NCBI GenBank assembly: GCA_019661795.1
Contig: JAIFWQ010000001.1
Location: 1 to 35,434 of the forward strand
Origin: Candidatus Parcubacteria bacterium
Lineage (GTDB): Bacteria; Patescibacteriota; Minisyncoccia; Phycocordibacterales; UBA6065
Length of the DNA: 35,434 bases
Direction: 5' to 3'
The translations under genes and the position numbers were made by a program. The notes under the pieces are model-generated. The model saw only the letters and a program-made list of their open reading frames with translations. It was not told the origin of the DNA and made no database searches. Below, piece by piece: positions 9,976 to 18,889 of the stretch (its first letter is position 1; every line of letters begins with the position of its first letter).

Positions 9976-11415
9976 ATGTCAAAGACTTTCTACATAACGA
10001 CCACGCTGCCGTACGTGAACGCGGAGCCTCACGTCGGTTTCGCCATGGAGATCATCCGCGCCGACATCGCCGCGCGATGGAAGAAGCTCCAGGGATACGA
10101 GGTATTTTTTAATACGGGCACGGACGAACACGGGCAGAAGCTTTTCAAATCGGCGGAAGCGGCAGGGAAGCCGGTGAAGCAGTTCGTGGACGAGAGCGCG
10201 GAGAATTTCAAGAAGATCCTGCCCATCCTCGGCATCAGCGAAGACATACATTTCATCCGCACGACGGATTCTCATCATGAAAAGGCGGCCCAGGAATTCT
10301 GGAAAAGGGTGGAGAAGAACGGCTTCATATACAAAAAGAACTATAGATCGAAATACTGCGTCGGCTGCGAAGAGGTTAAGACCGAATCAGAGCTCGTGAA
10401 CGGCAGGTGCGTCATCCATCCCCAGCTCGATATCGAGGTCATCGAAGAAGAGAACTATTTCTTTAAATTCAGCGCGTTCGGAGACAGGCTCCTGAAGCTC
10501 TATGACAAGAAAGGCCATACCATCGTGCCGGATTTCCGCATGAACGAGATGAGAGAATTCATAAAGCGGGGCCTCGAGGATTTCAGCATATCCCGGCTTA
10601 AGACGAAAATGTCATGGGGCGTTCCCGTGCCGAACGATCCCGATCATGTCATGTACGTATGGTTCGACGCGCTCGTAAATTACATCTCCACCCTCGGCTG
10701 GCCGGAAGACGAAGCGACTTTCAAAAAATTCTGGGAAAAAGGCACGCCGACGCAGTATTGCGGCAAAGACAATACCCGTTTCCAGTCCGTCATGTGGCAG
10801 GCGATGCTCATGGCCGCCGAATTGCCCCCGACCCATACCGTGGTCGTGAACGGATTCATCACGGGAGACGGCGGCATAAAGATGTCCAAATCCCTGGGCA
10901 ACGTGGTCAGCCCGGTCGACGTCGTGAACGAATACGGGACCGATGCCCTGCGCTATTTCGTCTCGCGCGAGATCGGTCCGTTCGAAGATTCGTCCTTCAC
11001 CATGGAGCGATTCAAATCCGCATACAACACCAACCTCGCGAACGGCCTCGGCAATCTCGTGTCGCGGGTTATGAAGATGGCGACGACGAATCTCGAAAAG
11101 CCTGTAAAGTCCAAGGACGGCAAGTTCCCGAAAGAATATGAAAAAGCGCTCGATTCGTTCGATCTCCAGGCCGCCGCGAACGCCGTATGGAAGCGCGTGA
11201 CCGATGCGGACCAGCTCATCCAGGAAAAGGCTCCGTTCAAGCTCGTAAAGACGGACAAGAAAGCGGCGGTGAAAGTGATCGAAGAGCTCTGCGAAAGGCT
11301 CTATGAGATAGGCTCGATGCTCGCCCCGTTCATGCCGCAGACATCCGAAGCGATCAAGGCTCTCGTTCGCGAGAACAAAATGCCCGCCGCGCCGCTTTTC
11401 TTGAGGAAAGAATAA
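9976..11415 (+). CDS. metG: Methionine--tRNA ligase (short form, no C-terminal tRNA-binding domain)
   Basis: YITTTLPYVN, HVGF (HIGH variant), TGTDEHG, YVWFDAL and KMSKS. Confidence 0.96.
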   Translation: MSKTFYITTTLPYVNAEPHVGFAMEIIRADIAARWKKLQGYEVFFNTGTDEHGQKLFKSAEAAGKPVKQFVDESAENFKKILPILGISEDIHFIRTTDSHHEKAAQEFWKRVEKNGFIYKKNYRSKYCVGCEEVKTESELVNGRCVIHPQLDIEVIEEENYFFKFSAFGDRLLKLYDKKGHTIVPDFRMNEMREFIKRGLEDFSISRLKTKMSWGVPVPNDPDHVMYVWFDALVNYISTLGWPEDEATFKKFWEKGTPTQYCGKDNTRFQSVMWQAMLMAAELPPTHTVVVNGFITGDGGIKMSKSLGNVVSPVDVVNEYGTDALRYFVSREIGPFEDSSFTMERFKSAYNTNLANGLGNLVSRVMKMATTNLEKPVKSKDGKFPKEYEKALDSFDLQAAANAVWKRVTDADQLIQEKAPFKLVKTDKKAAVKVIEELCERLYEIGSMLAPFMPQTSEAIKALVRENKMPAAPLFLRKE

Positions 11416-12263
11416 TGCGCCCTCGATTCATAGACATCCACGCTCATACGAATTTCACCGCTTTTGATGCGGACAGGAAACAGGTGGTCGAACGCGCTCT
11501 CGCGGCGGGCGTATGGATGATCAATATAGGAACCCAAGAGGATACGTCGAAAAAGGCGGTCGAGATGACGCGGGAATTTCCTGAAGGCGTGTACGCGATC
11601 GTCGGCTTGCATCCCGTACATGCGAATGCGTCGTTCCATGACGCCGAAGAGCTCGGAGATGATGCGAAAGGCTTCACATCGCGCGGCGAGACGTTCAACA
11701 AGGATTTTTATAGGAAGCTCATAAAGGAAGGCGGCGCGAAAGTCGTCGGAATAGGGGAGTGCGGCCTTGATTATTTCCGCGCGCAGTCTCCCGAAGAGAT
11801 CAAAAGGCAGAAAGACGCGTTCACCGCGCAGATCGAACTCGCTCTCGAGCTCGATCTGCCTCTTATGCTTCATGTCAGGAACGCGTATCGGGATGTTCTG
11901 GATATTTTAAAGCCATACAAGGAAAAATATGGCGACAAGCTCCGCGGCGACGCGCATTTTTTCGCCGGTACGGTCGAGGACGCGCGCGAATTCCTCGATC
12001 TCGGCTTTCACCTTTCATATACAGGTGTCGTGACATTCGCCAAACAATACGTCGAGCTTGTGAAGGCGACGCCGATCGACCGCATTATGTCGGAGACCGA
12101 TTGCCCGTACGTGGCGCCCGTTCCCGAGCGCGGCAAGCGTAACGAGCCGTCGTTCGTCACTCACATCGCCGACAAGATCGCGGGCATCAAGGACATGAAC
12201 GTCGATGAATGCCGCTCACAGCTCGTCGAGAACGCTTTTAAGCTCTTTAAATTGACTTCATAG
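11415..12263 (+). CDS. tatD: TatD family hydrolase/DNase
   Basis: IDIHAH, GLHP, GECGLD, ETDCPY and RNEP motifs; TAATG overlap with metG. Confidence 0.93.
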   Translation: MRPRFIDIHAHTNFTAFDADRKQVVERALAAGVWMINIGTQEDTSKKAVEMTREFPEGVYAIVGLHPVHANASFHDAEELGDDAKGFTSRGETFNKDFYRKLIKEGGAKVVGIGECGLDYFRAQSPEEIKRQKDAFTAQIELALELDLPLMLHVRNAYRDVLDILKPYKEKYGDKLRGDAHFFAGTVEDAREFLDLGFHLSYTGVVTFAKQYVELVKATPIDRIMSETDCPYVAPVPERGKRNEPSFVTHIADKIAGIKDMNVDECRSQLVENAFKLFKLTS

Positions 12264-12340
12264 AGGGGAAGAGTAGTATCAAGAATGAAACGCTCAAAAG
12301 ACAACTTTAGGCGCACGTTTGAAAATACATAGAAGGAAAA

Positions 12341-12607
12341 ATGAATACGAATTCAGCTGTAACTCTTCGGCACAGGCCCATTATGCAGAAGTACCAGAAA
12401 ATCGTATGGGTCAAGCTCACCAAGGAGCCACTCACCCCCGGCGATTTCTCGGCAACGGAAGATCCGAATGCTTGCGATCGGCAGGGCGAAGATAATTTCA
12501 ATCTCCAACTCCAAGCGGTGCACCCTTTGAAGTATGGCATCTCTGCCGATGACGTTGGCCGACGCAATGGCGATTTCTGGAGGCCTGTCGGCTTCGTGTC
12601 CTGCTAA
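12341..12607 (+). CDS. Small hypothetical protein
   Basis: 88-aa ORF with aagga upstream, lying between a TTGACT-N16-TAGTAT promoter and a terminator. Confidence 0.45.
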   Translation: MNTNSAVTLRHRPIMQKYQKIVWVKLTKEPLTPGDFSATEDPNACDRQGEDNFNLQLQAVHPLKYGISADDVGRRNGDFWRPVGFVSC

Positions 12608-12622
12608 GTTTCAATGTTCGAC

Positions 12623-12651
12623 AGCCTGTCCGTCCCGCGGACAGGCTTTTT
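12623..12651 (+). terminator. Intrinsic terminator
   Basis: agcctgtccg-tcccg-cggacaggct followed by tttt. Confidence 0.8.
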
Positions 12652-12810
12652 ATTAGGATAAAAAGGGCAACGTCACGTTTTCATTATTTCCCACGAAGAT
12701 TCTTGCAAAAATAGGCTTTTCGAGTATCATGTGTGGACTTGCTTTGGATAGTTTCCCGCCAAGGAAACGGCTTAACGCAAGGTCAGTTTATAAGCTTAGG
12801 TCATACAATA

Positions 12811-13263
12811 ATGACTACAGAGACAGCTAAGACGGCAGGCACCGTCTACGAAGTGGGCTTCCACGTCGTTCCCACTGTTTCTCCAGAGAATCTCCCGAAG
12901 GAGGTGGATGCCATCAAGGCAATTCTTGGAGCGCAGAAGGCGACGATCATATCGGAGGAATTCCCGAAGCTTCGGAATCTTGCCTATACGATGATCAAGG
13001 CTATCGGCCCGGCCCGACATCGTATCGATTCGGCCTATTTCGGCTGGATCAAGTTCGAAGGCCCGAAAGAGACGGTCGCGGAGCTCGACAAGGCCCTCAA
13101 AGGCTCTGACAAGATCCTCCGTTACCTCATCGTGAAGACGGTCCGCGAGAATACGATCTACGGCCCGAAGATCCTTTCCGATGAGAAGAGGGAGATGACG
13201 GAAAAGAAGCCCCAGGCTTCGCAGGAAGAGATCGACAAATCCATCGACAAGCTGGTTGTCTAA
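12811..13263 (+). CDS. rpsF: 30S ribosomal protein S6
   Basis: YEVGF...LAYTM...AYFGWIKF...ILRYLIVK; rpsF-ssb-rpsR synteny; ATG 12811 preferred over GTG 12733. Confidence 0.9.
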   Translation: MTTETAKTAGTVYEVGFHVVPTVSPENLPKEVDAIKAILGAQKATIISEEFPKLRNLAYTMIKAIGPARHRIDSAYFGWIKFEGPKETVAELDKALKGSDKILRYLIVKTVRENTIYGPKILSDEKREMTEKKPQASQEEIDKSIDKLVV

Positions 13264-13332
13264 TCCGAAGGCGAGCGTGATACAATAAAAGCAACTTGGT
13301 TCTCGTCTTTATAAATTAATAAGAGACCATAT

Positions 13333-13794
13333 ATGTATCTCAACAAAGCACTCATCGTCGGAAACCTTACCCGCGATCCCGAATTGAAGGCATTGCCTTC
13401 GGGAATGCAGGTAGCGTCGCTCTCCATCGCCACGAACAGCGTCTGGCGCGACAAGGACGGCAATAAAAAGGAAGACACCCAGTTCCACAACGTCGTCGTC
13501 TTCGGACGGCAGGCGGAGACTTCGGCCCAGTATCTGAAAAAAGGCCAGCAGGTGATGGTGGAAGGCAGGATCCAGACCCGGTCATGGGACGACAAAGGCT
13601 CGGGCGAGAAGAAATATCGCACCGAGATCGTCGCGGACCGCGTCCAGTTCGGCTCGAAGCCGGGCGGCGGCATGGGCGGAAACGGCGCGGGCGCTTCCGA
13701 AGCCCCGGCTTCATCCAAAGGCGGCAAGGCAGCAGCGGTAGACACCATCGAATATCCGAGCGAAGACATCAATCCGGAAGACATCCCGTTCTAA
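13333..13794 (+). CDS. ssb: Single-stranded DNA-binding protein
   Basis: LNKALIVGNLTRDPE start and C-terminal EDIPF; TGaTACAAT extended -10 at 13278-13286. Confidence 0.97.
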   Translation: MYLNKALIVGNLTRDPELKALPSGMQVASLSIATNSVWRDKDGNKKEDTQFHNVVVFGRQAETSAQYLKKGQQVMVEGRIQTRSWDDKGSGEKKYRTEIVADRVQFGSKPGGGMGGNGAGASEAPASSKGGKAAAVDTIEYPSEDINPEDIPF

Positions 13795-13814
13795 AAGCGA
13801 ATTAGATTAAAATC

Positions 13815-14018
13815 ATGAGCAAACAGTGTTTCTTCAAACAGCATAATATCGAGCATATCGACTACAAGGACACGGACATCCTCAAGAAGTTCCTCAATCC
13901 TCACGCTCGCATCCAGGGCAAGAAGCGCACGGACGTCTCGGCGACGAACCAGCGCAAGCTCGCTTTGGCGGTGAAGAGGGCGAGATTCATGGGGCTCCTC
14001 CCGTACGTAGCGCGATAG
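13815..14018 (+). CDS. rpsR: 30S ribosomal protein S18 (lacks the full zinc-binding motif)
   Basis: IDYKD, QRKLALAVKRARFMGLLPY. Confidence 0.96.
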   Translation: MSKQCFFKQHNIEHIDYKDTDILKKFLNPHARIQGKKRTDVSATNQRKLALAVKRARFMGLLPYVAR

Positions 14019-14021
14019 GCG

Positions 14022-14064
14022 AACAAAAAACCGCTCCGGCTCTAGGCCGGGCGGTTTTTTTGTT
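14022..14064. terminator. Bidirectional terminator between rpsR and efp
   Basis: aaaaaa-ccgc(t)ccggc/gccgggcgg-ttttttt between convergent genes. Confidence 0.8.
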
Positions 14065-14072
14065 GGGAGAAC

Positions 14073-14645
14073 CTATTTCATCACGCGCTCTCTGTATTCG
14101 CCTGTCTCCGTGTTGATTCGGATCGTGTCGCCTTCGTTCACGAAGAGGGGAGCGGTGATCATGGCGCCCGTCTCTACTTTTACGAGCTTGTTGCCGCCGC
14201 GGGCGGTGTCGCCTTTGACGCCCGGAGGAGCTTCGACGACCTTAAGATCGACGGTCGCGTCGAGCTTCACGCCGAATATCTTCTCATCGAACACCATCGC
14301 GTCGTATACCGAATTAGGCTTGAGGAATTTCGCCTTCACGCCGAGGATCTCTTCCGATATTTTGAAGCGCTTGGACGGGTCGTTCGCTTCAGAGAACCAG
14401 AATTCGCCTTTCGTCGTGTAGAGATACTTCACTTCCTTCGAGTCGATCTCGGCTTCGGCGACTTTGTCTGACGCATGGAACGTCATGTCGGCGATGCGGC
14501 CGGAAAGGAGATTCTTTATCTTCGTCTTGTTCTGCGGCTTGCGCTGCTGCATGCGGAAGATGTGATTCTCCAGCACTTCGTAAGGCTCGTTGTCGACGAT
14601 GATGTATTTTCGGACGGTTATCTCGTTGTATTCGAGGAGAGACAT
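14073..14645 (-). CDS. efp: Elongation factor P
   Basis: PGVKGDTA, ETGAMITAPLFVNEGDTIRINTETGEY. Confidence 0.95.
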   Translation of the reverse strand: MSLLEYNEITVRKYIIVDNEPYEVLENHIFRMQQRKPQNKTKIKNLLSGRIADMTFHASDKVAEAEIDSKEVKYLYTTKGEFWFSEANDPSKRFKISEEILGVKAKFLKPNSVYDAMVFDEKIFGVKLDATVDLKVVEAPPGVKGDTARGGNKLVKVETGAMITAPLFVNEGDTIRINTETGEYRERVMK

Positions 14646-14683
14646 AGGTTTGGTGCTGCTCGTTTATGGCTTAATAGGGCTTT

Positions 14684-14712
14684 ACTCTAGCTTATCCACA
14701 TAGAAAAGGCAA
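14684..14712 (-). promoter_or_regulatory. efp promoter with a DnaA box in its spacer
   Basis: Minus strand TTGCCT-N17-TAGAGT; TTATCCACA at 14692-14700. Confidence 0.55.
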
Positions 14713-14803
14713 TTTTTACGATTTCTTTATGATTCCTTTATCGCTCGTTTCATATGATGGTTCCGGAACAGCCTACAGATCTTTGAGATGAAGTAACCAA
14801 GTG

Positions 14804-14836
14804 CAGAAAAGCCGCCCTGGAGGGGCGGCTTTTCTG
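14804..14836. terminator. Terminator downstream of recA (bidirectional form)
   Basis: cagaaaagccgccc...gggcggcttttctg. Confidence 0.8.
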
Positions 14837-14853
14837 TGACAGGGGAGAAAGAT

Positions 14854-15903
14854 CTAGCTCTCGTCGAGCTTCGCCCGGATCTTCTTTAGTATCTCGCTCG
14901 CGATCTTTGCATTCTCTTTGAGGAACTGCCTCGTGGCGTCGTAGCCGCGGCCGAGGGGGATCTTTTCGCCGTTCTCGGGAGCGTAGGCGTACGAAGCGCC
15001 GGATTTGACGATGACGCCTTTGCTTTCGCCGAGAGCGATGATCTCGCCTTCGCGCGATATGCCTTCGTTGTACATGAGGTCGAATTCGGTCTGCTTGAAC
15101 GGCGCGGCGATCTTATTTTTCACGACTTTGACGCGCACGCGGCCGCCGACGACCTCTTCGCCCTTCTTTATCTGCGCGATACGGCGGATATCAAGGCGGA
15201 CCGACGTGTAGAATTTCAAAGCCTTGCCGCCCGGGGTCGTCTCCGGATTTCCGAACATGACGCCGATCTGCATGCGGATCTGGTTTATGAATATGACCAC
15301 GGTCTTGGATTTCGCGGTGATGGCGGTCAGTTTGCGCAGGGCCTGGGACATGAGGCGGGCCTGCTTGCCCATGTGCTGGGCGCCCATATCGCCTTCGATC
15401 TCGTCTTTCGGCGTGAGGGCGGCGACGGAATCCACGACGATGACGTCGAGCTTGCCGGACCGTACGAGCGATTCGACGATCTCGAGCGCCTGTTCGCCGG
15501 TATCAGGCTGGGAGATGAGGAGCTCGTCGATCTTCACGCCGATCTTTTTCGAATATTCCGGATCCATGGCGTGTTCCGCGTCGATGAAAGCGCAGATGCC
15601 GCCGAGCTTCTGCGCTTCGGCGATGATATGGAGCGAAAGCGTGGTCTTGCCCGACGATTCCGGCCCGAATATCTCTATGATCCTGCCGCGCGGCACGCCG
15701 CCGATGCCCAGTGCAGCATCGAGGCCGATCGATCCCGTGGGTATGGCGTTCACGTTCACTTTCGGCTTCTCGCCGAGCATCATGATGGCCTCGTCGCCGA
15801 ATTTGATCTTGATGGCGTTGAGCGTGTCCTCGATGTTGGCCTTTTCTTTCGGCATGTCGGCTGCCGTCTCCTTTACCGCCGCGTCTTTTTTCTTCGCTGC
15901 CAT
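14854..15903 (-). CDS. recA: Recombinase RecA
   Basis: [25 protein letters not shown] and GGKALKFY. Confidence 0.99.
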   Translation of the reverse strand: MAAKKKDAAVKETAADMPKEKANIEDTLNAIKIKFGDEAIMMLGEKPKVNVNAIPTGSIGLDAALGIGGVPRGRIIEIFGPESSGKTTLSLHIIAEAQKLGGICAFIDAEHAMDPEYSKKIGVKIDELLISQPDTGEQALEIVESLVRSGKLDVIVVDSVAALTPKDEIEGDMGAQHMGKQARLMSQALRKLTAITAKSKTVVIFINQIRMQIGVMFGNPETTPGGKALKFYTSVRLDIRRIAQIKKGEEVVGGRVRVKVVKNKIAAPFKQTEFDLMYNEGISREGEIIALGESKGVIVKSGASYAYAPENGEKIPLGRGYDATRQFLKENAKIASEILKKIRAKLDES

Positions 15904-15904
15904 G

Positions 15905-16258
15905 CTAGTTGTAGGTTAATTGTAATGTCTGCCTGACCATCCTGCCGAACCTGTCCCGTGCTTCCACCGTTACGGCATTGTATCCCGGGGAAAGCAGGAT
16001 CTTTTCGTCATAGGCGCCGGATTCGTCGGTGAATATCTTGTCTCCGTTAAGCGTAAGGAAAGAGATGTTCTTCGCGGTGCCTTTTATGGATACGAGAGGA
16101 TCGCGCATGGCCGAACCGTCGGCAGGGGATTCCACCGAGAGCCGCGGCCCCTGGGCGAGGTCTTTCGCCCGGAACGCTCCGTATCCGAGTATGACGGCTA
16201 TGGCCGCGACGGAGATCCATATCTTCATGAGCCATTTAACTTGTCTCCTGTCTGTCAT
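15905..16258 (-). CDS. Small membrane-anchored Ig-like domain protein
   Basis: N-terminal TM followed by GPRLSVESP...[17 protein letters not shown] beta-sandwich pattern. Confidence 0.75.
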   Translation of the reverse strand: MTDRRQVKWLMKIWISVAAIAVILGYGAFRAKDLAQGPRLSVESPADGSAMRDPLVSIKGTAKNISFLTLNGDKIFTDESGAYDEKILLSPGYNAVTVEARDRFGRMVRQTLQLTYN

Positions 16259-16294
16259 AGCCGGTTATATTCTACTCGAAAGGGGATAAAGGAA

Positions 16295-18637
16295 TTATAA
16301 AGAAGATCCGTCTTCTGCCCCCGGGCCGCTCTTTCCGCCATCCGCGCCATTTTCTGCGGAAGAAGCCGACGAGCCGCCCGATATGACCGATCGAGGCTTG
16401 GATCCATCAGCCGCGCCGATGACGCCGCGCTCTTCGAGGAGATCCATCAGCCGCGCCGCGCGGGAATATCCGACGCGCAATTTCCTCTGTATATATGAGG
16501 TCGAAGCTTTTCCGGCTTCCACGACGATCTGTTTAGCCTGCTCATACATATCGTCATCGTCGCCTTCGCCGCCCGGTTCGTCGCCGATACCGCCGCCGAG
16601 CGAATCGTCGAGCGTCGCGGAGAATATCGCCTTGTCGTTCTTCACGGCGGATTCCGTCAGGTTTATCTCGTCCGAGAGCTCTTCGATATGGCTGTCCGCG
16701 AGGAATTTGACCACCTTCTTCACTTCGGTTTCGGATATATAGGCGCACTGGATGCGGGTAGGCTTGGACATTTCGCCCGAAAGATAGAGCATGTCGCCCG
16801 CGCCGAGGAGCTTTTCAGCGCCGATGGTGTCGAGGATGGTGCGAGAGTCGACTTGGGACGCGACCTGCAGAGCGAGGCGGGCAGGGATGTTGGCCTTGAT
16901 GAGGCCGGTGATGACGTTGACCGACGGCCTCTGCGTCGAAAGCATCAAATGTATGCCCACGGCGCGGCTCATCTGGGCTAGGCGGACGATGCCTGCCTCG
17001 AGCTCGCGCGGATAGGTGCTCATGATGTCCGCGAGCTCGTCGATGACGATGACGATGTACGGCATCGGATCGGGACCGCGCTCTTCCAAACCTTCTTCGC
17101 CGTCTTTTTTCACTTTCACCTTCTTCGAAGCCGGCTCATAGACGTTCTTATGATATGACTCGATGTCGCGGACGCCGTGCGACTGAAGGATGTCGTAACG
17201 CCTGTCCATCTCTTTCGCCGCCCATTTGAGAGCGAGAATAGCTTTCTTGGCGTCGGTTATGACCGGGGTGAGAAGGTGAGGGATCTTGTTATAGAGCGTG
17301 AGCTCGACGCGCTTCGGGTCGATCATGATGAATTTGAGCCGTTCCGGCGAGCATCGATAGAGAAGGGAGACGATCAGCGCGTGGATAGTGACGGATTTGC
17401 CCGATCCGGTCGCACCGGCGATGAGAAGGTGGGGCATTTTCGCCACGTTGGCGAAATGCGACTTGCCGGATATGCCTTTGCCGAGGGATGCGAGGAGCGG
17501 CTTTTCAGATGTCTGGAATTCTTCGACGCTGAAAAGCGTGCCGAGGCCGACGGTGGTCTTGGTCGTATTCGGGATCTCGATGCCGACGAGCGATTTGCCA
17601 GGGATCGGCGCTTCGATGCGCAAAGGATGGGCGGCCAAAGCCAGGGCGAGGTCGTTCTGAAGCGCCACGATGCGCGAAAGCTTCACGCCCTCGGCCGGCT
17701 TCAGGGCGTATCGCGTCACGGAAGGGCCGATGGATACTTCATCCATCTCCACGTCGATGCCGAAATTCGAAAGCGTCCTCTTTATGATGTTGGCGTTCGC
17801 TTTGACGTCGCCCACCACAGGCTTGCCTTTGTCGCGCTCCAAAAGAGAGAGCGGAGGAGGCGTATACGCATGAGAAGCGTCGCGCTTCGAAGGCTTGATG
17901 AAGTCTTTCGTCTCGTCGCCTGCGCCTGCGGCGATCTTTATATCCTTCTTTTTATCTTCTTTCGTTTCTTTCGGCTTCTCGGCGACATCGCTTTTCGGTT
18001 TTTTCGCAGGTTCCGGCTCGGCATCGAACGGAAGGGCTATGTTTATCTCTTCGTCCTCGTCTTCCGTATCGCCTTCGGCGTCTTTTTCTTTGCCCTTATG
18101 GAAATTGAAGAGCGATTTGAGGTCGAGCTCTTCGTTAAAAGCGATCAATATGGATATCACGACCAGAGCGGAAAGGAATACGAGGCTCGCCGACGTGTCG
18201 AAGAGCTTCACGAAAGGCCATGCCAGCCATTTGCCGACGTAGCCGCCGTTCGGCGGAGTGCCGGGAGAGACGATGTCTATGATACCGAGAAGCGATACGA
18301 GAAAGAGGAGCGATCCGTAGAGTTTCGCCGAATCGAAATGCTTGTGAAGGTTCCGGAGGAATGTCAGGGCGAGGACGACGAATATAAGAGGGAGGAGGTA
18401 GTAGCCGACGCCGAGAAGATATAGAAGGCCGCGGAACGTGTAATGGCCGACGATGCCCGCTTTGTCCCAGATGGCGAGGGCGGTGAATATGGCGAGCACG
18501 AAGAACACGACGGCCGATACCCCTTGGAGCGTTTCGTCGGGCAGGTTCTTCAGGAAGCCTCTTTTCTTCTTTCCCTCTTCTTTCTTGCCGCTCTTTTCGG
18601 GCTTGTCCTCTCGTTCCTCGTTCTTTCTTTTGGCCAT
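16295..18637 (-). CDS. ftsK: DNA translocase FtsK/SpoIIIE
   Basis: N-terminal TMs, RIEAPIPGK, GATGSGKS, IDELAD, gamma domain (QRKLRVGYSRAARL); ATG 18637 follows TGaTATAAT. Confidence 0.97.
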   Translation of the reverse strand: MAKRKNEEREDKPEKSGKKEEGKKKRGFLKNLPDETLQGVSAVVFFVLAIFTALAIWDKAGIVGHYTFRGLLYLLGVGYYLLPLIFVVLALTFLRNLHKHFDSAKLYGSLLFLVSLLGIIDIVSPGTPPNGGYVGKWLAWPFVKLFDTSASLVFLSALVVISILIAFNEELDLKSLFNFHKGKEKDAEGDTEDEDEEINIALPFDAEPEPAKKPKSDVAEKPKETKEDKKKDIKIAAGAGDETKDFIKPSKRDASHAYTPPPLSLLERDKGKPVVGDVKANANIIKRTLSNFGIDVEMDEVSIGPSVTRYALKPAEGVKLSRIVALQNDLALALAAHPLRIEAPIPGKSLVGIEIPNTTKTTVGLGTLFSVEEFQTSEKPLLASLGKGISGKSHFANVAKMPHLLIAGATGSGKSVTIHALIVSLLYRCSPERLKFIMIDPKRVELTLYNKIPHLLTPVITDAKKAILALKWAAKEMDRRYDILQSHGVRDIESYHKNVYEPASKKVKVKKDGEEGLEERGPDPMPYIVIVIDELADIMSTYPRELEAGIVRLAQMSRAVGIHLMLSTQRPSVNVITGLIKANIPARLALQVASQVDSRTILDTIGAEKLLGAGDMLYLSGEMSKPTRIQCAYISETEVKKVVKFLADSHIEELSDEINLTESAVKNDKAIFSATLDDSLGGGIGDEPGGEGDDDDMYEQAKQIVVEAGKASTSYIQRKLRVGYSRAARLMDLLEERGVIGAADGSKPRSVISGGSSASSAENGADGGKSGPGAEDGSSL

Positions 18638-18725
18638 GATGAACAATTATATCATCAATGGAAGGCGGCATCTGCGGGCGCAGTCGCTCCGCATTGCGTC
18701 CGCGCGCCTTTCGTGTCGCATGTGC

Positions 18726-18862
18726 ATAAAGGTCTTTACGTCCTTTACGGGAGGTTTATAATGGACATCACTTCTTGACAGATTTCCATAAAAGACATAT
18801 TATTTAAAGGACAAGATTCCTCTGCCCGAACCGGCCTATAAAGGACAATCTTATTAAAGACA
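18726..18862 (+). repeat. Array of (A/T)TAAAGGACA-like repeats in the ftsK/HTH divergent intergenic region
   Basis: ATAATGGACA 18758, ATAAAAGACA 18788, TTAAAGGACA 18804, ATAAAGGACA 18838, ATTAAAGACA 18853; inverted copy at 18739-18748; partial ATAAAGGTC 18726. Confidence 0.75.
18775..18803 (+). promoter_or_regulatory. Sigma70 promoter of the HTH gene
   Basis: TTGACA-N17-TATTAT. Confidence 0.75.
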
Positions 18863-18889
18863 GCCAAAATAACCTTAATTTGCAAAGCT

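Noticed and set aside
12733..12810. N-terminal extension of S6 from GTG 12733
   Set aside because: It begins upstream of the predicted TSS and spans a structured leader; ATG 12811 fits better
14750..14836. Tiny plus-strand ORF or sRNA between efp and recA
   Set aside because: Only a weak TATGAT and a 9-10-codon ORF; the terminator is explained by recA
17177..18424. 415-aa plus-strand ORF
   Set aside because: Entirely antisense to ftsK with no motifs
18726..18862. CRISPR array
   Set aside because: Repeats are about 10 nt, degenerate and irregularly spaced, and no cas genes are present
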